64,000 nt of DNA from Candidatus Onthoplasma sp. (GTDB lineage Bacteria; Bacillota; Clostridia; Christensenellales; UBA1242), in NCBI GenBank assembly GCA_045633705.1, contig JAZQYV010000019.1, positions 57,633-121,632 on the forward strand, given 5' to 3'. This document shows positions 44,328-50,585 of this stretch, piece after piece (position 1 is the stretch's first letter; every line of letters starts with the position of its first letter). The notes below the pieces were generated by a model. It was not told where the DNA came from. It saw nothing but the letters and a program-made list of their open reading frames with translations, and made no database searches. The position numbers and the translations under genes are program-made.

Positions 44328-45143
44328 ATGAAAGATTGGATTATTCAAAAACGCCTAAAGCAAATTAAAAACAACGGAAAATCAATGCGCATAAATAATA
44401 AAACACTGCTTATCGAATATAATCAAAACTTAAAAAACAATGTTCCAAAAGAGGAAAGTGAAGCTCGCACCTTATTGATATTGCTTAATGATTCGTTAAT
44501 AAACTATGTTTTGTATAACAAGTTTAATTTGTTTGATTATAGCGAAACTTTAGATGAATATAGCATTTGCAAGATGGGGTTAATTAAGGCTATTGACAAA
44601 TTTGATATAAGCAAAAATGTGGAATTTTCAACATATGCAATCAAGGTTATGATTAATGAGATGTATATGCACTACAGAAAAATTAATTCAGCATCAAATA
44701 GTATTGAGCACAATAAAATATCAATAGAAGATTGTATGATGGAAGATTTTGGGGGTGAACCTAAATTGCAATTTTCACATAACTTTAGTCAAGATGCTGA
44801 CTTTGTTGAAGATGTTATGCTTAAGGATGATTTTGAGGGCGTGTGCAAACAATTTGTACATCTAAAACCCATAGAACAAAAGGCACTAATTCTTGCATTT
44901 GGATTGTTTAATGTTAGGCCAATGAAACACCAAGATATAGCTGATAAATTTGGCAAAAGCCGTTCTTACATTAGTAAGATAATAACTGCTAGCACCCAAA
45001 AACTATATTTGTTGTCAGCTAACGATAGTAGTTTAACTGAAGAACAAATAACTGAAAAATATAAAATTCAAAAACAGGTTTACGAACTTAATGTGTTAGT
45101 AAAAAACAGAAATAACAGCAACGAAGACCAAGTTACATTTTAA
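44328..45143 (+). CDS. sigma-70 family RNA polymerase sigma factor (non-ECF)
   Basis: 271 aa. Region 2-like segment: GLIKAIDKFDISKNVEFSTYAIKVMINEMYMHYRK. Region 4.2 HTH: HQDIADKFGKSRSYISKIITASTQKL. TATAAT (44317-44322) lies 5 nt before the ATG, with no SD. Confidence 0.75.
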   Translation: MKDWIIQKRLKQIKNNGKSMRINNKTLLIEYNQNLKNNVPKEESEARTLLILLNDSLINYVLYNKFNLFDYSETLDEYSICKMGLIKAIDKFDISKNVEFSTYAIKVMINEMYMHYRKINSASNSIEHNKISIEDCMMEDFGGEPKLQFSHNFSQDADFVEDVMLKDDFEGVCKQFVHLKPIEQKALILAFGLFNVRPMKHQDIADKFGKSRSYISKIITASTQKLYLLSANDSSLTEEQITEKYKIQKQVYELNVLVKNRNNSNEDQVTF

Positions 45144-45314
45144 AATATATTGAAGTTTTTGTAGGTATGGGTAATAAAAAATTAAAAAAACAATTAATTT
45201 GCTTGACTATGGTTAAACTAATGTATTAAAATATATTAAATAAAGATTGCGCTTTATTATAAGAGCGGATAAATTGATTATACTGAAAAGAGTTCTTTGC
45301 ATAAAAGGGGTAAC

Positions 45315-46076
45315 ATGAAAAGAGACATCTTTCAAGACAACTACAAAGGTAATGCGATGAAGGTTTTGTTTGTCGACCTTGTTGTTTTTTTGCTTGTTAC
45401 AATTTTTTCGGTGGGGTTTTGCTATTCTTATTTTAGTTCAAAAGTTGATGCTACTGGAAATGCAACGACAGCAATGGTAACAGTTGCCTATCGCACTAAT
45501 TATAGCGATGAAGGCAATCGAGACATTATATATGGAAATATTGAAGATGGCGAAGTGCAGGACATTTCTTCCGCCGACCTAAAATTAACTCCTGGGGATA
45601 CTTTGTATATAAGGGGTTATGCTGTAAACACAAGTAATGTTTCAGTATATGTTTTAGCAAAGCTAGAAGTTACTATTACCGAAACAACAACAGATGGTTC
45701 TAACGAGGTTAAGGAAGTTTATTGGTATAATATCTCTAACAACAAAAAGGTTGCTGAAACAGTAGATGGGCAGTTTCCTTCGCCTGTTACAAGATACACA
45801 GTCGGGGCTAGCAGCTTGGGGCCAGTTGATAAAGATTTTATAAGAACAGATTTTTATCAAGAACTATCAATACCTTACGAATATGGGGGTAAATACACAA
45901 ATGCTCATACAATCACTAACATAAAATTAACGTTAAATGTTCATCAAAAAGATTATTTAAGAATGGGTGACGATTTTTCAAAATATAGTGTAGGTGAAGT
46001 AGAGGGCAAGTTGGGTGATTATGCGACAGAAAGCATTTATGCAGCTCATCAAATGACTGGGCAGCTTTTACCATAA
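45315..46076 (+). CDS. TasA/camelysin-like secreted protein with a SipW-type signal peptide
   Basis: 253 aa from the ATG at 45315 (AAGGGG SD). The hydrophobic N-terminus ends in CYSYFSSKVDATGN, which resembles the YAYFSD motif of SipW-cognate signal peptides. The beta-rich body includes LKLTPGDTLYIRGYAVNTS. Confidence 0.5.
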   Translation: MKRDIFQDNYKGNAMKVLFVDLVVFLLVTIFSVGFCYSYFSSKVDATGNATTAMVTVAYRTNYSDEGNRDIIYGNIEDGEVQDISSADLKLTPGDTLYIRGYAVNTSNVSVYVLAKLEVTITETTTDGSNEVKEVYWYNISNNKKVAETVDGQFPSPVTRYTVGASSLGPVDKDFIRTDFYQELSIPYEYGGKYTNAHTITNIKLTLNVHQKDYLRMGDDFSKYSVGEVEGKLGDYATESIYAAHQMTGQLLP

Positions 46077-46152
46077 TACTTAAATGTTGTTTACAAAAAG
46101 GGCCTTAGGGCTCTTTTTGTTTGTTGTTTAAATTTAAAAATACAACTAATGC

Positions 46153-46181
46153 TTGAAATTTATTTGGCTTAGTGGTATAAT
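46153..46181 (+). promoter_or_regulatory. sigma-A promoter abutting the TetR start codon
   Basis: TTGAAA (46153-46158), 17-nt spacer, TGgTATAAT (-10 at 46176-46181), then 6 nt and the ATG at 46188. No SD. Confidence 0.6.
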
Positions 46182-46187
46182 TAAGAT

Positions 46188-46829
46188 ATGGAAAAAACAG
46201 AGAAAAAATCATTTTGGTCAAGATTGTTGGGTAGAGCTGAAAAGCAACGCAATGAAGGTAAGATATTGTATTCCAACACAAAACAAACATCAATTAAAAT
46301 TAAACTAGCTCTACTTGAGTTGTTAAATGACAAAGATTTGTCACAAATTAGTATAACCAATCTTGTTAAGGTGGCGGGGATTTATCGTGCTACATTTTAT
46401 TTGCATTATAAAAGTTTAAATGATGTTATATTGGATATTGAAAAAGATGTATACGAATGCTATACATCTTTAAAAGCCCAAATGGAGCAAGTTGATTTGT
46501 ATAACAATATGCACGTATTGGTTGAAAAGATAGGTGAGTATATTAATATCGACAAAAAATATCTACAGGTTATTATCAATACAAATTGTTTTAATCGTAT
46601 CACGTTAAAGCTAAAAGAATTATTGTACGAATGCATTGTTACTAGCTTTATCAAGTTTAATCATATGATGTATGATGCGGAATTTTTGTTAAATATCAGT
46701 ATGTTTACTGGAGGTCTGGTGTTTGCGTATCGTGATTGGATTAATAGCTTGGAAATGGAACTTGAAGTGCTTCAAAATTATGTTAAGAAAATTGCAAGTC
46801 AGTTGTTTGGTGTGTTAAAAAATAATTAA
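46188..46829 (+). CDS. TetR/AcrR family transcriptional regulator
   Basis: 213 aa with an N-terminal TetR_N HTH (LSQISITNLVKVAGIYRATFYLHYKSLNDV). Confidence 0.8.
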   Translation: MEKTEKKSFWSRLLGRAEKQRNEGKILYSNTKQTSIKIKLALLELLNDKDLSQISITNLVKVAGIYRATFYLHYKSLNDVILDIEKDVYECYTSLKAQMEQVDLYNNMHVLVEKIGEYINIDKKYLQVIINTNCFNRITLKLKELLYECIVTSFIKFNHMMYDAEFLLNISMFTGGLVFAYRDWINSLEMELEVLQNYVKKIASQLFGVLKNN

Positions 46830-46837
46830 ATGTATTT

Positions 46838-46862
46838 AAAATATGCGTAAAGCATATTTTTT
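46838..46862 (+). terminator. rho-independent terminator after the TetR gene
   Basis: AAATATGC / GCATATTT hairpin followed by a T-run. Confidence 0.6.
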
Positions 46863-46889
46863 AAAATAAAATCATAAAAAATATAAAAT

Positions 46890-46903
46890 ACGAATAATTT
46901 CGT
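46890..46903 (+). promoter_or_regulatory. operator-like inverted repeat upstream of tspO
   Basis: ACGAA-TAAT-TTCGT, located over the expected -35 region of the tspO promoter (-10 TATAAT at 46914-46919). Confidence 0.35.
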
Positions 46904-46925
46904 TATAGCAATATATAATAATAGT

Positions 46926-47390
46926 ATGACACAGAATAAAACATTAAACATAATTTTAGCTATTGGAGCTGTTGTATTAGTTGCTGCGCTTGGCTCTATT
47001 TTTGTAAATATTGGTATGGATTGGTTTGACACATTAATTAAACCAAGCGAGTGGGTTCCTAACATTGTAATTCCAATTGTTTGGACGGTTATCTACATTG
47101 CTTTTGCAATATATCTGTATTTTGCAATAAAGAATGATAGACTGGAAAAGGAAATTGTAATATTGCTTATCGTAAATGGTGTGTTAAACGTGTTATGGTG
47201 CTTATTATTTTTTACTCTTAATAGTTTATTATGGGGATTGATTGCAATAATACTAAACTTGATTGCAGGAGCTATAATGGTGGGAATTATGCACAAAAAG
47301 GATATGTTCTTTTCGTATTTCCTAACGATATATCCTTTGTGGCTATCTATTGCAACTTGTCTAAATCTTGCATGCTGGATTTTAAATTAG
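46926..47390 (+). CDS. tspO: TspO/MBR family tryptophan-rich sensory protein
   Basis: 154 aa with five TM segments and Trp-rich motifs (DWFDTLIKPSEWVPN, VLWCLLFF). TATAAT lies 6 nt before the ATG, with no SD. Confidence 0.85.
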   Translation: MTQNKTLNIILAIGAVVLVAALGSIFVNIGMDWFDTLIKPSEWVPNIVIPIVWTVIYIAFAIYLYFAIKNDRLEKEIVILLIVNGVLNVLWCLLFFTLNSLLWGLIAIILNLIAGAIMVGIMHKKDMFFSYFLTIYPLWLSIATCLNLACWILN

Positions 47391-47399
47391 TAACTAATA

Positions 47400-47446
47400 A
47401 AATTGGCTTAACATATATGAAAATGTATGTTGGCCAATTTTTTTGA
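47400..47446 (+). terminator. rho-independent terminator after tspO
   Basis: Long imperfect hairpin AATTGGC...GCCAATT followed by T7. Confidence 0.6.
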
Positions 47447-47542
47447 TGGGAATAAAAGCAACATAATAATTAAATCAATTGAGATGTATAAATATTGTAT
47501 TAAAGGTAAATATTTTTCTGTCAATATTAAAAGGAGAATATA

Positions 47543-48778
47543 ATGAACCCATTTGAACATAAGTCAAAAGAAGTGGAAAGTTATTTTATGGATTGGGAAA
47601 AGATGTACCCAAAGCCATACAACAAACTAAAGACATCTCCATATACCAAAACACGAATTATATTAATGAATGGAACTGAGTATGAGTCGAATTGGTTTTT
47701 GCATCAATTTGCACGTAATTGCAACGACAATGATATTCGTAGAGCAATTGCATTGGTTAGAAATCAAGAACAGCAACAGCAAAAACGTATAAGCTGCTTA
47801 AAGCCAATTGACGAAAATATATTAGAAACCACTATAGCCTACGAACAATTGGCAGTAGATTTAACTGCAATTTTGGCTCAAAATGTGATGGATGAAAATG
47901 CAAAAGCGGCGCTTGACTTCGCCTTGCTTGAAGATTTTGACCATCTATACAGATTTTCAAATCTTTTAAAGATGGACTATAATATTGATGCTGATATGAT
48001 GGTAGGTAAGTTTACAGAAATTATGCCTGGTAGGCCGACAATTAACGAGCATCGACACCCTGTAGACAATGTTAGGTATTGTATGGACGCAAGCTGTGCA
48101 GATGTGTATACAAAGCTTGTAGGCAACATTATTACGGCGGCGGAACAGCAAACAATGAATTACTATATGAATGTTGCACAATTTTATAACAATGATTTGG
48201 GTAGGCGCCTATTTAGTGAAATTGGTATGGTTGAGGAAGAACACGTTACACAATATGAAAGTTTAAAAGACCCAACCTGCACTTGGCTTGAACAATGGGT
48301 GATGCACGAATACACTGAATGTTATTTGTATTATTCGATGTATAAAGATGAAGTAGATGAATATATCAAAGCTATTTGGCTGGATCATTTTGATATGGAG
48401 GTTGCCCACTTAAAACTTGCAAGTGAATTGCTCAAGAAATATGAGAAGAAAGATGCAATTAAGGTGATAGGCGCAAGCGAATTTCCAAAACTATTAAAGT
48501 TTGGCGAAAATATCGAATATGTACAAAAAGTTTTAAAAACTGTGGGCTATACCTCGGTAAAAGAAGATTATGTGCCGGCAAGCACATTTCCAGAAAATGC
48601 AAGATTTTTCAAGCACTTAAAAACAGTAAATGTTACCCCTAAAAATGTAGCCAGCCATTTGGTTATTGAAAAATTTATCAAGCAGTTTGGCAAGGATTAT
48701 AGATTTGAAGTTGCACCTCACCCAGTTGAAGAACTTCGAAACAGGGAAAATGATAACGTTACTGTAGGTACGATTTAA
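47543..48778 (+). CDS. hypothetical protein, possibly ferritin-like (di-iron carboxylate) superfamily
   Basis: 411 aa with a strong AAGGAG SD. Candidate helix-borne ligand motifs are EYESNWFLHQF, LEDFDHLYRF, AAEQQTMNYY and VEEEHVTQY. The assignment is tentative. Confidence 0.35.
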   Translation: MNPFEHKSKEVESYFMDWEKMYPKPYNKLKTSPYTKTRIILMNGTEYESNWFLHQFARNCNDNDIRRAIALVRNQEQQQQKRISCLKPIDENILETTIAYEQLAVDLTAILAQNVMDENAKAALDFALLEDFDHLYRFSNLLKMDYNIDADMMVGKFTEIMPGRPTINEHRHPVDNVRYCMDASCADVYTKLVGNIITAAEQQTMNYYMNVAQFYNNDLGRRLFSEIGMVEEEHVTQYESLKDPTCTWLEQWVMHEYTECYLYYSMYKDEVDEYIKAIWLDHFDMEVAHLKLASELLKKYEKKDAIKVIGASEFPKLLKFGENIEYVQKVLKTVGYTSVKEDYVPASTFPENARFFKHLKTVNVTPKNVASHLVIEKFIKQFGKDYRFEVAPHPVEELRNRENDNVTVGTI

Positions 48779-48787
48779 AGGTATAAT

Positions 48788-48816
48788 AAAAATGACACTT
48801 GTTAGTGTCATTTTTT
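48788..48816. terminator. bidirectional terminator between convergent genes
   Basis: AAATGACACT (48790-48799) / AGTGTCATTT (48804-48813) flanked by an A-run and a T-run. Confidence 0.75.
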
Positions 48817-48817
48817 A

Positions 48818-49555
48818 CTAGTTGTCTAACTCTTTTTTCTTTTTCTTCTTTTCATCCTTAGCTTCTTTTGCAATTATTTTTGTTTTGGTTCGTGCTAGTT
48901 CAATTTTACTTTCTTTAATTCTAGATAACGATTTACAGTATTTTTCAATTTTTGAAATCAGGTTTTCGTATTCGTCATTAGTGTCCTCACGTGAATGTTG
49001 GTATACTGTTAAGAACAAACTGCTAGCTTTACGTTTTGTCCAATGGTCCAAATATTTATCACTATCAAAAGATAGCGTTGCTTTTAACCCTGTACCGTTA
49101 ATTAATTTAAACTCAGAACTAACAGTGTTAATAGTGTAAGAGTATCTTAATTTTTTTAATAAATAGTCAGGGTCAAGGTTCAAAAACCCGTCCCACATAT
49201 TTTTAAAACTATTTCTTAAAAATTCTGGATATTTAAATATACTATCTCTTGGGTCAAGGTCAAGCTCGTTAATTTTTTTAGAATATAACTGCAAATGTTC
49301 GTTATCCTCATTGTACAAACGTTCAAGTGTCATTGTAAGTTTATGCTTGCCGTTGATAACTGTTCTAAACAAAGCAATACCACTTTTATACAAATCTAAA
49401 TTATCTGTATCGTAATATATATATTGTTTGTTTACCATTCCATCATTTCGTAGCTGATATCTACCAAAAAAATTAATCAAGTTTAAAACTTCTTTTTGAC
49501 TATTTTTATCTAACATTTCATAACGACGTTTTTGTCGTACTATATCGTATCTCAT
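48818..49555 (-). CDS. hypothetical protein, possibly CYTH-like, with a poly-Lys tail
   Basis: 245 aa. QYIYYDTDNLDLYKSGIALFRTV resembles the YFDTPD...L...ALRIR strand pair of CYTH domains, but I did not see the N-terminal ExExK signature. The C-terminus is KDEKKKKKKELDN. Confidence 0.35.
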   Translation of the reverse strand: MRYDIVRQKRRYEMLDKNSQKEVLNLINFFGRYQLRNDGMVNKQYIYYDTDNLDLYKSGIALFRTVINGKHKLTMTLERLYNEDNEHLQLYSKKINELDLDPRDSIFKYPEFLRNSFKNMWDGFLNLDPDYLLKKLRYSYTINTVSSEFKLINGTGLKATLSFDSDKYLDHWTKRKASSLFLTVYQHSREDTNDEYENLISKIEKYCKSLSRIKESKIELARTKTKIIAKEAKDEKKKKKKELDN

Positions 49556-49577
49556 AACCCCTAAATATCTCCTTTTT

Positions 49578-50294
49578 TTAATCGCGGTTTCTTAAAGTTA
49601 AAAATATTGAAAGCGCAAATCTTGCAAATGATAGTATCGAAATAATTAAGCTTGCAACATATGTAAGCGCAGCAGCGTCAAGTACAGCCTTTACGCCTTC
49701 ACCTTCTTCAGTAGTTAATTCGCCAGCTTCTACCAACATTTTGTATGCACGCTTTGATGCATCTTTTTCAATTGGAAGGGTAAGCGCGCTAAACAAAACC
49801 GACAAACCAAATATTACCACACCAATAATCAATAAAACTCTTCCGGTGTAAAAGTATTGCGAAAATTCTAATATCAACCCCAATATAACTAATGGCCACA
49901 TTAAAAAGCTACCAATATTAATGAATGGAATTAGGAAACTCCTAAATTTCATCAATGCATAACCTTGCTTTTTTTGCAATACATGACCAATTTCATGACA
50001 CGCAACACCTAAAGATGCAACTGAGGTGGAGTTATAAACCTCCTCAGACAAGGCGATTGTTTCGGTTTTAGGATTGTAATGGTCGGTTAAAAACCCTTGT
50101 GTTTTAGTTACCTTTACATCATACATGCCCATTGCGTCTAAAAAGAACCTAACCTTTTCGCAAACGGGTTTGGTTTGAGAATAATTAATGTGCTTATATT
50201 TGTTAAAGTTTGAGGTAACCTTGGCTTGAGCATACACAGCAAGTATTATGCCTGGAAGCAAAATTATACCCAACATATAATATGTAAAATACAT
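49578..50294 (-). CDS. YugP-type membrane zinc metallopeptidase (Zn_peptidase_2)
   Basis: 238 aa. It has an N-terminal TM segment, YAQAKVTSNFNKY, the HEIGHVLQ zinc motif, and C-terminal TM segments. The protein is colinear with B. subtilis YugP. Confidence 0.85.
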   Translation of the reverse strand: MYFTYYMLGIILLPGIILAVYAQAKVTSNFNKYKHINYSQTKPVCEKVRFFLDAMGMYDVKVTKTQGFLTDHYNPKTETIALSEEVYNSTSVASLGVACHEIGHVLQKKQGYALMKFRSFLIPFINIGSFLMWPLVILGLILEFSQYFYTGRVLLIIGVVIFGLSVLFSALTLPIEKDASKRAYKMLVEAGELTTEEGEGVKAVLDAAALTYVASLIISILSFARFALSIFLTLRNRD

Positions 50295-50585
50295 GATATA
50301 CTCCTAATAATATATATATTAACATTAAAGTTTTTAGTTTGCAAGTAAATTTATGTTAATTATACATATTTTACGTAATAACAATCAATATTATAACATA
50401 AACGCATTAATAAAAATTAATATAAAATACTTAAGAAAATACTAATTTTAAGTATTTTGTGGTATATTTTTGTATAATTTTTAAAAATTTTTAAGAAATA
50501 TGTAAAAAGTTGATAAAATTGTTAGTAAATGAAAAAGTTTTGTGTTATAATAATCACGATAGTAAAAAATCAGGGGTGATATTTT

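Noticed and set aside
50424-50458. 11-bp inverted repeat AAAATACTTAA...TTAAGTATTTT upstream of the AT-hook protein gene, with partial similarity to the hairpin at 26416-26436
   Set aside because: It is composed almost entirely of A and T in an AT-rich intergenic region and has a 13-nt loop. The similarity to the other site is short and could be chance, so there is not enough evidence for a repeat family or an operator.
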